Sequence record: MT939492.1
DNA: 64,000 bases
Strand: one strand, 5' to 3'
Shown here: positions 29,570-38,999 of the stretch, piece by piece
How the letters are laid out: the number at the start of each line of letters is the position of its first letter
How positions within the stretch are numbered: the first letter of the stretch is position 1
The notes under the pieces: generated by a model
The model's database searches: none
What the model was told of the DNA's origin: nothing
The model's input: the letters and a program-made list of their open reading frames with translations, nothing else
Program-made: the position numbers and the translations under genes

Positions 29570-30298
29570 ATGGCAGTGGACAAACTTGAACTCGATGAAG
29601 ATCGTCGCATCCTCGTCCAGGCTGCACGGATGGCAATCCGCGCTGCCACGGCTGTGCCTGTATTCACTCAGAATGGTCGTGCCGTCGCAGACCGGGTGAA
29701 GAAGGCGCTGAACTTCAACAACCTGCGCTTCGTTCTACCGGGGCGTCGGCTTGACGTTGTCGGCACCACTGGCAACGGCTTCATGGAGATTCGTCTCCAT
29801 TTGCGCGCTGGTGGCTTCGGCTCGAAGGTCGAAGAGATCATCATCCGTGAACCGTACAAGGACGGCCTGGATCCCAAGCACTTCCCAGTCACCAAGGAAG
29901 ACTGGACCTCCGACAGCTTCTTCTCCGACCTGCTCCTGTTTTCCAAGGGACAGTACGGTAGCTGGCTGACGCTCGATGGTGTGGCGGTGCTGTACATCCA
30001 TCACTACGCTCACGCTGCCAGTCTCAAGTTCGACGAAGAGACCTTCTTCAAGATCTTCCCAGTGGTAGATCGGGACATGGAGAAGTTCGGCTTCGCTCTC
30101 GATCACATGGATCGTATCGAGCTGCTTCGTCGCGTCTCTCGCCAGAACTTCGAGAGCGCCATGAGCCTGCCCGTCGGTGAGCTGATCACCATGCCGGTGG
30201 CTCGCGTCAACAACGTTCCTGCCATGTGGACTCCCAATCCGATCGTACAGGAGAAGCTCCTCGCCGCCGGGGCTGTCAAGGAGCCGCAGAGCCAATGA
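29570..30298 (+). CDS. Hypothetical protein
   Basis: 242 aa, RBS AAGGA. Confidence 0.65.
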   Translation: MAVDKLELDEDRRILVQAARMAIRAATAVPVFTQNGRAVADRVKKALNFNNLRFVLPGRRLDVVGTTGNGFMEIRLHLRAGGFGSKVEEIIIREPYKDGLDPKHFPVTKEDWTSDSFFSDLLLFSKGQYGSWLTLDGVAVLYIHHYAHAASLKFDEETFFKIFPVVDRDMEKFGFALDHMDRIELLRRVSRQNFESAMSLPVGELITMPVARVNNVPAMWTPNPIVQEKLLAAGAVKEPQSQ

Positions 30299-30609
30299 GC
30301 ATGCAGAAGCTTCGCGAATGGATCAGTAGTGAGATCGGTCTCCTTGGGATCGGTCTCTCCATCTGTCTTGGCCTGCTTTTCCTGATGGCACTGGCCCTTC
30401 TTGCCCTTCTTGTCGTGTCAGTGATTGGCTTCGGCGCCCGGGCGCGTTATATCAAGGAACACTGCCAGCCAACCGAGCAGACGAAGACGGAAAGTGGCGT
30501 CCGTATTCAGAATGCGATCGTCGGCAAGACCATCATCTCCCAACCCATACCGTACACTGAAACCCATCGTCTCTACATCTGCGACGATGGTAGAAGTGTC
30601 TGGTTCTGA
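30295..30609 (+). CDS. Small membrane-anchored protein with two Cys (family member 2)
   Basis: 104 aa from ATG 30295; long TM; HCQPT ... LYICDDG. Confidence 0.65.
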   Translation: MSMQKLREWISSEIGLLGIGLSICLGLLFLMALALLALLVVSVIGFGARARYIKEHCQPTEQTKTESGVRIQNAIVGKTIISQPIPYTETHRLYICDDGRSVWF

Positions 30610-30619
30610 AATAGTGAGC

Positions 30620-30652
30620 AGCAGGAGGCCTTCGGGCCTCCTGCTTTATGCC
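30620..30652 (+). terminator. Hairpin + TATGCC
   Basis: AGCAGGAGGCC-TTCG-GGCCTCCTGCT-T-TATGCC. Confidence 0.75.
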
Positions 30653-30678
30653 GTTTCTTTCTTTTTGGCTTAAAGATC

Positions 30679-30696
30679 TTTCAGCCCTACATTACC
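30679..30696 (+). promoter_or_regulatory. Candidate phage early promoter motif
   Basis: TTTCAGCCCTACATTACC. Confidence 0.55.
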
Positions 30697-30720
30697 TAGG
30701 TGATACCCAACGGAGTTCCA

Positions 30721-31125
30721 ATGTTCACCGCCGTAAACGAAGTACAAGCTCACCTCCACGAATGGTGCGATACCTATGGAGTTCATCCTTCTGAGCTGGT
30801 TGTTCTCGGAAGTGCTGCGCTCATGGTTCACGGTCTCCTCGATCGCTGCGATGACATTGACATCGAAGTGGCGCAGGACATGATCTACGAACTGGAGGCG
30901 GTGAGTCACTGCAAATTCATCGATAGCATTCAGTGCAACTCGATGACCTACCCTCAATCCAGCGTCGAGCACACCGACAAAAATCTCAATCGCGAGTCTG
31001 ACAAGATCGTTGGTTTCGATTTCCTTGTCGCAACCAAAGCTCAGCTTCTCGCCGACTACCAACGCTTCCATGCAGCTTCGCCGCGTGAGAAGTTCGCTAA
31101 CCGAATCAAACTACTAATGGAGTAA
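30721..31125 (+). CDS. Minimal nucleotidyltransferase-like protein (Pol-beta superfamily)
   Basis: VVLGSAAL.VHG....DDIDI: GS + DxD motif; start ATG 30721 after GGAG. Confidence 0.6.
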   Translation: MFTAVNEVQAHLHEWCDTYGVHPSELVVLGSAALMVHGLLDRCDDIDIEVAQDMIYELEAVSHCKFIDSIQCNSMTYPQSSVEHTDKNLNRESDKIVGFDFLVATKAQLLADYQRFHAASPREKFANRIKLLME

Positions 31126-31129
31126 TACC

Positions 31130-31894
31130 GTGACACTGAAGATTGGTCCCTACGAACACTACATCCGAATCTCGGCTACTACTGCAGAGCAGGAGCTTCT
31201 CGCAGCCGCTGGTATCAAGGGTGTCCATCACTGGCACCGTGACCGCGCTGTTCTCAACTCGATCCATCATCGTTCAGGTGAGATCGCCCCGGGTGCGCCC
31301 ATCATGCATTGCAGCGGCACGGACATGCGGGTACGTGGCATCCGTAAGTCCGTGGTTGAATCCGTTGAGGGCGTTCGCTACGAGATCCGTGAAGATCTCA
31401 GCTTCGGGTACAAGATCCTGCGCGATGGCGAAGAGCTCTCCGACTGCGATTGCGAACTGTCGGCCTTCATTCGCGAGAACCACAAGGACTTCCCCGCTCA
31501 CGAATGTGGGCACATGATCGAGGTGATCAGTACGCGCATCGTTGAATGTGCTGACATTGACTCCGGTGAACAGCTGGAGCACTGGCTGCACGGCCGCAGT
31601 ATCCACGCTACCACGCACGGGGAGTCTGTCGATACGTTCACCTCGTTGAATGACGGCCAGTGCTGTCCTGACTTCTCCTGCTGTACGGGTCAGATTGCTC
31701 CTGAGGAGACCCGTAAGGCCTACATGAAGGCACACCGGGAGAAAGACCACGATCTGAAGATGCAGCTGCTGAGCGGCTTCCTGGGGACGGCTCTGAACAC
31801 CACCTTGCCTGAAGAGGCGAAGGTTACCGGTAAGAAACCCTACAACGCATACATCGCCACTGGCACCATGGCGCCTACTGGCAAGTCGAACTGA
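31130..31894 (+). CDS. Hypothetical Cys/His-rich protein
   Basis: 254 aa; CDC, HECGH, CCPDFSCC. Confidence 0.65.
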   Translation: MTLKIGPYEHYIRISATTAEQELLAAAGIKGVHHWHRDRAVLNSIHHRSGEIAPGAPIMHCSGTDMRVRGIRKSVVESVEGVRYEIREDLSFGYKILRDGEELSDCDCELSAFIRENHKDFPAHECGHMIEVISTRIVECADIDSGEQLEHWLHGRSIHATTHGESVDTFTSLNDGQCCPDFSCCTGQIAPEETRKAYMKAHREKDHDLKMQLLSGFLGTALNTTLPEEAKVTGKKPYNAYIATGTMAPTGKSN

Positions 31895-31905
31895 GACCGC
31901 ACGAC

Positions 31906-32574
31906 ATGAAATACGAATACATGCTGATGTTCTGGGGTGGTTGTGAAAATGACGGTTGGATCTGGGCTCAGATGCCGGAACTCAACGGGTCACGCTACCA
32001 GTGGTTTGATAGTGCCGAGGCGCGCGAGGAGCTTACCCAGCGTCTCCGTGAGACCGCAGGTGACCGTGGGCTGATGACCACCTTCATCGAAGGCGAGCAT
32101 ACCCGCATCCGGAGCGTGGCTGTTTGCACGTTCGTCATGCCCGACGGCACCCGTTATCCGATTACCGAAGACTTCGCTTTCGGTATGAACAACAACACCC
32201 TGCACGACAAGGCCAGCTTCATCCACTTCGAATACGAGGAGAACAACAGAAGCTGCGACCACAGGCGCCAGCACATGATCGAGGAGCGTTATCCGGACTA
32301 CGTGTCCAATGATCGCTTCGACTCATGCGATGAAACGATCAAGCTGGAAAACCTGCACGTCGTTCTGGCCAGTGAGTTCATTACCAAGGAAGAGCAGGCT
32401 CAGCTTCTGGAGGAAGAAGGCCTCTACGTCCACATGCTGCCCGCTGACGTACCCAGTAAGGACTACTGCGAGCCGATTGATCTCAGCAAGGGTAGTTGCT
32501 GCGCCGGTGGACTTTGCTGCGCATCACTTCCTCCCAATGCCTACGGTAAGCACCTCTCCCTGACCAGGCATTGA
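31906..32574 (+). CDS. Hypothetical protein with Cys-rich tail
   Basis: 222 aa; SCD.R, SCD, CC.GG.CC. Confidence 0.65.
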   Translation: MKYEYMLMFWGGCENDGWIWAQMPELNGSRYQWFDSAEAREELTQRLRETAGDRGLMTTFIEGEHTRIRSVAVCTFVMPDGTRYPITEDFAFGMNNNTLHDKASFIHFEYEENNRSCDHRRQHMIEERYPDYVSNDRFDSCDETIKLENLHVVLASEFITKEEQAQLLEEEGLYVHMLPADVPSKDYCEPIDLSKGSCCAGGLCCASLPPNAYGKHLSLTRH

Positions 32575-32654
32575 GTAAAACCTGACAGGCTTGGGCTATG
32601 AAATAGGTGAAAGCAAAGACCGCTCTTACGCGTAGCGTTATGCCTTAAATATTA

Positions 32655-32672
32655 GGGAGGCGTAAGCCTCCC
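32655..32672 (+). terminator. Hairpin
   Basis: GGGAGGC-GTAA-GCCTCCC, T-rich downstream. Confidence 0.6.
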
Positions 32673-32705
32673 CTCCTTTTATCTTTTGCCCTTCAGGAAC
32701 TGAGA

Positions 32706-33290
32706 ATGGAAAAGTACGGACCGCATGCAAGCTCACCGACGGACAGGATCGATACCACTGCGCTACTGAAGCACGGGATCGAGGCCGCACTGAGTAGGCA
32801 TGCGACTTATGCCAAGGCGGGGATCATCGAACACCGGATCATCTACCCCTTGGATTTCTACAGCTATCGTACTGTTCGTTGGGGCGGTGTGAAGGGCTCG
32901 GGTCGGAGCAGCGCCATCGCAAAGCTTGCACGGCCTGGCGACATGATCATCGTGGCTAGTGTCCCCTGTCGTAACAAGATGGCCACTCTGCTGGTGGAGA
33001 ACGGCAAGAGTGATAACGACATCACCATCTTGGACGCTGATGAGTTCATGGACAAGATCTTCGCCAAGCTCCCTGAGGAAGCGCCGCAGATCTTGAACAA
33101 GCGCTTTGAAGTACACTCGGCTGGTGATGAAGGTATTCGCCGGGTGTTCGTGGATGATGTCATGCTCATCTGTCCGCGCTTCCAAAAGAACCTGCATGGT
33201 ACGCAGATCCCAGCATTCGTGCCGGCAGTGATGCGCTACGCCTGCCACTGCAGTGCCCCGCAGCCTGTCGTTATCCTGGTGGGTATATGA
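32706..33290 (+). CDS. Degenerate P-loop NTPase-like protein (paralogue of 28568..29110)
   Basis: GGVKGSGRS (Walker A-like), RVFVDD (Walker B-like). Confidence 0.5.
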   Translation: MEKYGPHASSPTDRIDTTALLKHGIEAALSRHATYAKAGIIEHRIIYPLDFYSYRTVRWGGVKGSGRSSAIAKLARPGDMIIVASVPCRNKMATLLVENGKSDNDITILDADEFMDKIFAKLPEEAPQILNKRFEVHSAGDEGIRRVFVDDVMLICPRFQKNLHGTQIPAFVPAVMRYACHCSAPQPVVILVGI

Positions 33291-33448
33291 GCCAGTCGTG
33301 CTTGCCCATCGCGACCGAGCAGGAGACCTGGTTCGCTCTGGCGGTCTACGTAGTGGTGATGGTCGTCCTGATCACGATCCTGTGCAACCAGGAGGAGATC
33401 TGGGCGTGGATCAAGAGCAAGTTCCGCAGGAAGAAACCCGATGAATGA
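33287..33448 (+). CDS. Small membrane protein (53 aa, not in ORF track)
   Basis: Manual translation MSQSCLPIATEQETWFALAVYVVVMVVLITILCNQEEIWAWIKSKFRRKKPDE; overlaps both neighbours. Confidence 0.55.
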   Translation: MSQSCLPIATEQETWFALAVYVVVMVVLITILCNQEEIWAWIKSKFRRKKPDE

Positions 33449-33668
33449 CCCAACTGGGTGGTTCCTACGTTCGCAGGTGAGGGCCTTTGAGGATGCCAAG
33501 CTTTCAGTGGAGTCGTTAAAAGGCTACATCGACAGCCCTTGTTACGAGGCCTTCGCACCTGCACAGCAAGAGTGGATGAGGGAGCAGCTGGTAATTGAGG
33601 AGAAGCGCCTGCAGTACCTTACTGCATGGATGTTTCACTTCGGTGTGCTGGACAAGGCCGAGACGTAA
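33441..33668 (+). CDS. Hypothetical protein
   Basis: 75 aa ORF in operon. Confidence 0.55.
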   Translation: MNDPTGWFLRSQVRAFEDAKLSVESLKGYIDSPCYEAFAPAQQEWMREQLVIEEKRLQYLTAWMFHFGVLDKAET

Positions 33669-33697
33669 GTTCACATTGACCTGGAGAGGGGTTCGCA

Positions 33698-34180
33698 ATG
33701 TCTTGGCTCAGCGCTACTGGAATCATCGCCGTATTCGTCTTAGCAGTCGCATCTGTCTTGTATCGTCACCGTCAGTACATCAAAGATCTGATGGCTTCGA
33801 TCAGCGATGCCTTGGGGGAGAATGATCCGGCCTTCCCCAAGGAGATCCCCGAGGACATGGTCCCGATCGAACAAGTGACAAGAAAGCGTGACTGGCCGCC
33901 CGCACCGTGGGAACTTGACCCCAAGGTCACCCTGGCTACCGCTGGCATGTACCCATTCTTTCGGATGGAGGAGGCTCGTAGCAACCTCCGCCTGGCAGAA
34001 CTGACCAAGCTCTGGGAACTGGAACGGAGCAAGCCTGAGCCTGATCTGGAGCTGGTCGAACATCTGCAACGTCTTCGAATCTCCGAGAGCAATCTCGGCG
34101 CTTCGTTCTTGCTCGCGTATTCCCACGTCGAGCGCCACAACGCAGTACAACCACAAGGACAAGTAGCACATGTCGGATAA
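33698..34180 (+). CDS. Membrane-anchored hypothetical protein
   Basis: 160 aa, N-terminal TM. Confidence 0.6.
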   Translation: MSWLSATGIIAVFVLAVASVLYRHRQYIKDLMASISDALGENDPAFPKEIPEDMVPIEQVTRKRDWPPAPWELDPKVTLATAGMYPFFRMEEARSNLRLAELTKLWELERSKPEPDLELVEHLQRLRISESNLGASFLLAYSHVERHNAVQPQGQVAHVG

Positions 34181-34631
34181 GTTCTTCAAGGAAGTCCTGA
34201 TCATCCACCACAGCCCGTTCGTGGAAGAAGACAAGCTGAATGCGATCCGCGAGCAGATCAAGGATCGCCTGGACAGCCAGGGCGTGCCGAATGACCCCAC
34301 CGTCATCCAGTTCAACAATACCGGCTCCGCAGGCGCCGGCGATGTGCTGACCTTCGCATGGTCGGCCGGTTACTCGGTCAGTACCCAGCGCCTGGGTGAG
34401 CCGGTCCGCTTCGGCGAAGAAACCGGAACCGTCAGCCACAACGACGACGTGAACGTGTTCCTCGGCAAGCGCGAAGCCAAGCTCGGCACCATGACCAAGA
34501 ACTTCGTCAATGCCATCGCCAACTACATCGAGCAGCAGGGTGATGGCGAAGGCTTCCCCTCCAGCCAGGTCAAGACCCTGATCAACGACTTCCGCGACGT
34601 GTTCCCGCGCCTGGAAGCCACGCGCATCTAA
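34170..34631 (+). CDS. Hypothetical protein
   Basis: 153 aa, strong codon bias. Confidence 0.7.
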   Translation: MSDKFFKEVLIIHHSPFVEEDKLNAIREQIKDRLDSQGVPNDPTVIQFNNTGSAGAGDVLTFAWSAGYSVSTQRLGEPVRFGEETGTVSHNDDVNVFLGKREAKLGTMTKNFVNAIANYIEQQGDGEGFPSSQVKTLINDFRDVFPRLEATRI

Positions 34632-34757
34632 TCGCGCGCCGGCCTGTTAGTTACAAAGCCCCGCCCACCTTACGACGAGGGTAGGCGGGGTTCCACCCGA
34701 GGCAACCGGACACTGGTCCAACAGCAAGGGTCCATCGTCGTCCTATAGGAAACTGGA

Positions 34758-35552
34758 ATGAACATCAGCCTGGAAAAGTCCAACGCTTTCGAAGCCTTCA
34801 TGGGTGACGCTTTCAAGTCCACCCCCGACCTCGCCAAGATGCACGCATGGCTCATGGAAAACCTTGAGCAGCGCGACTGCGTCGTAGCGTTGCGCCTGCA
34901 TCAGAAGCAGATGCATGGTCCGCTTCTGCAGGTAGGTTTCGACATCTGCCGCTACAAGTCTTTTGTCCAGGGCTACGTAGCCACGGCAGAGAGGCTGTAT
35001 GAAATCAAGCCCGGAATCATCACCGCTTACCACAGACCACCCCAGACGTTCACTGATCTGCGCCCGTATCCGCATGGACAGCTTAGCGCGACCGACGTGT
35101 TTTATCCGAAAGTCAGCGCCTGTAGCGAGATCTACGTTCAGCTGATCGACGGTACGTGGTGGCAGGATCCGCACAGGTTCTCGGCCCACAATTCCACCTT
35201 CCCGTTGCCGCCGAATACCAATGGCATGCTTATCCGCAACAGCATCTCGCGGGTTAGTCCCTGGATCGATGCGACAGGGTGTCGTAAGAGTCGCGAACTC
35301 TGGGTTGAGCTGGTCGATCGCGCCACTGACGACAAGTCCATGCGCAATAAGTTGATGTTCCTGCGCGACGGTCCGGGCTCATGGGACAAGCCCAATCAGG
35401 GGCTTATCGATATTTGGCATGCTTCCTACGCAGCCAAGGACCATACCCCTGAAGAGACGAGGCGTAAAGTTGAGGACGGCATGGCACGCTGCCTCAATGA
35501 AATCAAGCGCGAGGCCGTGGAACGCGTACACGCGGCTAAGAATTTGAAGTAG
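34758..35552 (+). CDS. Hypothetical protein
   Basis: 264 aa ORF. Confidence 0.65.
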   Translation: MNISLEKSNAFEAFMGDAFKSTPDLAKMHAWLMENLEQRDCVVALRLHQKQMHGPLLQVGFDICRYKSFVQGYVATAERLYEIKPGIITAYHRPPQTFTDLRPYPHGQLSATDVFYPKVSACSEIYVQLIDGTWWQDPHRFSAHNSTFPLPPNTNGMLIRNSISRVSPWIDATGCRKSRELWVELVDRATDDKSMRNKLMFLRDGPGSWDKPNQGLIDIWHASYAAKDHTPEETRRKVEDGMARCLNEIKREAVERVHAAKNLK

Positions 35553-35560
35553 TACCAAAT

Positions 35561-35586
35561 GCCCCCACCTTCGGGTGGGGGTTTTA
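35561..35586 (+). terminator. Hairpin + T tract
   Basis: CCCCCACC-TTCG-GGTGGGGG-TTTT. Confidence 0.7.
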
Positions 35587-35605
35587 TTCCGACAAAGGGA
35601 AAAAG

Positions 35606-36802
35606 ATGACCAAGCATTACGTTGGAACCAAGATCATTCAGGCCTACCCGTTGGGTCGTGAAGACAAGCCGGGCTATGGCGTTCAGTATCCGGACGGGTA
35701 CAGCTCCTGGTCGCCGAAGGACGTCTTCGAAGAAGCCTATGTCGAAATCGGTGTCATCCCGGCAGGCACTCCGGACTTCGTCCAGCGCCTGGTCGGTGAG
35801 CGCGCTCAGTTGTTCGATCGCTACAACAAGTTGCTGGCCTTCTCCGTCGCTACCAAGCACAACGAAGAGCACGAAGGTCACCAGCAGTTGGAAGGCGACG
35901 AGCTGTCCGACATCGAAGACCAGCTCGAAGCGATGCGCACGTACATGCACGTGCTGGACCAGCGTATCCATCGTCACGGGTTCATTTTCCACGACACCGG
36001 TGTCCTGTTCACGCTCAAGCAGGCTGAAGCCGAGAGCCACGTTCGTACCGAATGGGTCATCGCGCACATCATCGCCAAGTGCGAGAAGGCCGGCGTACTG
36101 CTGGACATCGCCGCGTCCAACACCCTGCCGAGTGAAATCGCTGCTGATATCCAGCGCATCTTTGGGGTGAACAGCAAGGTCAGCTGCCGCTTCGAGAAAG
36201 ACTACTGGACCATCGACGTTGAACTGCTGGAACCGTACCAGAAGTTGGAACATCGCTTCGTCTTCCGTTACCTGGAATGCTACCACCGCGTGGTTGCCAA
36301 GGATATCGGCGAACGACTGGATCGGGCGTTCTGCACGGTACTGAAGGCCGGCAACGCTCCCAACGACGTCGTGTTCATGAGCTACCTGACCGACAACTTC
36401 GACAAGCTGGTATCCGGCAATCTGAACGTATCGGCTAAGGTTGACGGCCGCAGGATCAACGGCGACTGGATCCTCCACGTCCCCTACAGCGATGACCTGC
36501 TCAAGGGCGAGACCTTCCACTACAAATTCAGCCGCTGGAACAACGCCTGGAGCTTCACCAGCGAGAACTCGCGTCAGGATCGCTTCAAGCGCGCACTGGA
36601 TGCTTTGATGCTGTTCCCGCTGAGCGTGGTCACGGCGATCTACAACAAGCTCGATGAGAGCAGTGCTAGTGTCTACGAACACGGCCCGACGCTGCATAGC
36701 GAGCAACGTGGTGCTCGCCTCGTCTTCAAGGATGAAGCTCTGGAGCGACTGCGACAGATGCTCGCCGCTGCTGCTGAGCGTATCGGTGAGGTCAAGGCAT
36801 GA
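35606..36802 (+). CDS. Multidomain phage protein (YVGTK..SWSPK domain + crAss001_48-like helical domain + unknown C-terminal domain)
   Basis: YVGTKIIQAYP...GY.V.YPDGY.SWSPKDVFEEAY, then QRLVGERAQL...KL..F...Q..AM..Y..VL..RI. Confidence 0.6.
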   Translation: MTKHYVGTKIIQAYPLGREDKPGYGVQYPDGYSSWSPKDVFEEAYVEIGVIPAGTPDFVQRLVGERAQLFDRYNKLLAFSVATKHNEEHEGHQQLEGDELSDIEDQLEAMRTYMHVLDQRIHRHGFIFHDTGVLFTLKQAEAESHVRTEWVIAHIIAKCEKAGVLLDIAASNTLPSEIAADIQRIFGVNSKVSCRFEKDYWTIDVELLEPYQKLEHRFVFRYLECYHRVVAKDIGERLDRAFCTVLKAGNAPNDVVFMSYLTDNFDKLVSGNLNVSAKVDGRRINGDWILHVPYSDDLLKGETFHYKFSRWNNAWSFTSENSRQDRFKRALDALMLFPLSVVTAIYNKLDESSASVYEHGPTLHSEQRGARLVFKDEALERLRQMLAAAAERIGEVKA

Positions 36803-37515
36803 GCACGCCTACCGATTACACGCTGCTGGTCTCGTTCCCGGTTCAGGACGAGCTTTTCACGCTGGGCGTTGAAGCTGGCATCTTCTGGCAGCGCCTGTGC
36901 ATGGGCGAGCGCGAGTTCGAATACCTTGCCCACGTCAAGAATGTCGAGTGCTTGGATCGCATGGCTCTGGCGATGGACCTGAAGGTAGAGTTCAAGAGCC
37001 GCGAAGACGATGAGTGGTGTGTACTGCTCATCTCGCCCAAGGTCAGTGAGAAGGAGCGTCCGCGCCTGATGCTGATTCCCGGCGGGATCACGCTGAACAC
37101 CGAGAAGATGGTCGAGGTTACCAAGGTGTTGGGTCGGCACGAATTCTTCCAGCAGATGTCCAAGCTGAAGTTCGCCCCTGACGCCGGCCGGCATGATTTC
37201 AAGAATCTGCCGGACAACGCCCTGGAAACCCTGGCTTCTGTCTTCGACACCAATTCGGTGTTCGTGGTCAACAGCAATGACGACTTCGATCTCGTCCAGG
37301 CCAACATGTACACCTCGCGCCGGATGCTCAATCGTTCGGAAGTGTTCCTCTCGCCAATCTTCCCCAAGTCGAGCAAGGGTGAACCGTACTTCGTCATCAT
37401 CGACGGCCGTAAGGGTCGTGGCGAAGGGCACCATCCGGCCGATGTTATCGACATGCGGATCGAGCATATCCGCAAGACGAACGTGCGTCCGCCGACGTTC
37501 ATCGTGCTGCACTAA
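36799..37515 (+). CDS. Hypothetical protein
   Basis: 238 aa, ATGA overlap. Confidence 0.65.
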   Translation: MSTPTDYTLLVSFPVQDELFTLGVEAGIFWQRLCMGEREFEYLAHVKNVECLDRMALAMDLKVEFKSREDDEWCVLLISPKVSEKERPRLMLIPGGITLNTEKMVEVTKVLGRHEFFQQMSKLKFAPDAGRHDFKNLPDNALETLASVFDTNSVFVVNSNDDFDLVQANMYTSRRMLNRSEVFLSPIFPKSSKGEPYFVIIDGRKGRGEGHHPADVIDMRIEHIRKTNVRPPTFIVLH

Positions 37516-37521
37516 GAGAAC

Positions 37522-37558
37522 GGGAGGGGCTTCGGCCCCTCCCTATGCTTTTTTTTTT
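37522..37558 (+). terminator. Hairpin + TATGC + T10
   Basis: GGGAGGGGC-TTCG-GCCCCTCCC-TATGC-T10. Confidence 0.8.
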
Positions 37559-37625
37559 GTCCGGTTTTCTGCCCACTATATGGGGCGCTTACGCCCATCT
37601 TTGCAGCTAACCGGGATCATGGCAA

Positions 37626-38066
37626 ATGTTGAAACACTTCGTACTACTGAAAACTTTCGAGCACGGCTGGCAGGCCAAGCAGTTTGTCCTGATCCTGCGT
37701 CAGCGTCTGGCCTCCTCCAAATCGTTCTTGGGCGCATGGACTTGGGCCCAGTCGACGATGAAGTTGCCAGGCCACGATGAGAACTTCGAAGGTCCAGTCA
37801 TTCTGGAAAACGGCTATCGCGACGTGGCGTGCTATCGCGACAAGTGCCGTAACGGTGAAGGTGATGTCTACACCTACCGTGAAATGAAGGACTGGATCGA
37901 AGGTGGGTTCTGCGGTGAGCCGCCGTCTCCGCCCAATGAAGACGATGAGCAGCGGACCCTGGGTGATCTCGGGGGTTACGTCTCGCTCGTCCACAAGAAC
38001 GAGGTTAAGGACGCTGAAGTCCTCAACTTCACCAACATCCACAAAGTCACAGGGGAGCAGGCATGA
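37626..38066 (+). CDS. Hypothetical protein
   Basis: 146 aa ORF. Confidence 0.6.
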   Translation: MLKHFVLLKTFEHGWQAKQFVLILRQRLASSKSFLGAWTWAQSTMKLPGHDENFEGPVILENGYRDVACYRDKCRNGEGDVYTYREMKDWIEGGFCGEPPSPPNEDDEQRTLGDLGGYVSLVHKNEVKDAEVLNFTNIHKVTGEQA

Positions 38067-38491
38067 ACGCCGGAACCAACAAGCGCCAGTGCAGCTACCT
38101 TGGTGAAGGTCGCTATCTGGTCCGTAGCGCCGAAGGGTACGAGGACGCAAAGCAGCAGGCACTCAAGCAGGCCGGCTTGCGCGACCCGGACGTCAAGCTG
38201 AAGTACACCGGCGTGATCCGTTTCGGCTACCCGTCGGTGGTCTGGTTCTGGCCGATCTATCGCGGCAACAACCGCTGGGATATCTACGCCTGCTCCTACC
38301 ACCTGAACACCTACCTGGAGTTCCTGCACAAGCGCCTGAAGGAACTGGAGAACCACGACACGCTGATCGCCGAGCTGGGCTACACCAAGCTGGCCGAAGT
38401 GGCTGCGGGCCGTGCCGCTGATGATCCGGAGTTCAAGGCAGACCTGCTGCGTCTGCTCGAAGACCTCCCCGCTGAAGCCCCCGAGCTGTAA
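38063..38491 (+). CDS. Hypothetical protein
   Basis: 142 aa, RBS GGAG. Confidence 0.65.
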   Translation: MNAGTNKRQCSYLGEGRYLVRSAEGYEDAKQQALKQAGLRDPDVKLKYTGVIRFGYPSVVWFWPIYRGNNRWDIYACSYHLNTYLEFLHKRLKELENHDTLIAELGYTKLAEVAAGRAADDPEFKADLLRLLEDLPAEAPEL

Positions 38492-38500
38492 GGAGTAATC

Positions 38501-38935
38501 ATGTTCTTCGGTCTTTTCAAAATGGTGCTGGCCCTGGCTGGTCTGCTGTTCACCGGTATGGGGCTGTTCGTGTTCTACCAGGTGTTCATTGCCGAGAAGG
38601 ACGAACCGATGGATCGGTCCAATCGGATCAACCATCTGCGTCTACTGTGGTTCGTGCTGACGCGCCCTGAGCTGTTCGTCAAATCGTTCCCATGGCTGCT
38701 CAAGGACGAACTGGAGAATGTCTCCAAGGCCGACGGCACGGACCATGGTTTGTTCTCTGATCAGAAGGCGGGCAACATCGTTCTGGTGGTTGATGACGAG
38801 GATACCAAGGAACTGATCCTGCGTACATCACGCTACCTGCACGACAAGGCCAACGTCGATACCGACTACGAGGTGGTGAACCATCTGTGCCATCTCTACC
38901 TGGCACCGCACCTGATCGAAGTTCGCAAGCCCTAA
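38501..38935 (+). CDS. Membrane-anchored hypothetical protein
   Basis: 144 aa, N-terminal TM, RBS AAGGAG. Confidence 0.65.
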   Translation: MFFGLFKMVLALAGLLFTGMGLFVFYQVFIAEKDEPMDRSNRINHLRLLWFVLTRPELFVKSFPWLLKDELENVSKADGTDHGLFSDQKAGNIVLVVDDEDTKELILRTSRYLHDKANVDTDYEVVNHLCHLYLAPHLIEVRKP

Positions 38936-38937
38936 AG

Positions 38938-38977
38938 GGCATAAATGCAGGAGAGGGGAGACCCTCTCCTGTATGCC
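38938..38977. terminator. GGCATA-hairpin-TATGCC
   Basis: GGCATA..CAGGAGAGGG-GAGA-CCCTCTCCTG-TATGCC. Confidence 0.75.
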
Positions 38978-38999
38978 GCAAAATGTCGATTCCACCGAA

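Noticed and set aside
34654-34692. Resemblance to the P3 part of the c-di-GMP-I riboswitch (CAAAGCC...GTAGGCGGGGTT)
   Set aside because: No P2 helix with a GNRA loop or GGCAAA segment upstream; kept only as an unassigned structure
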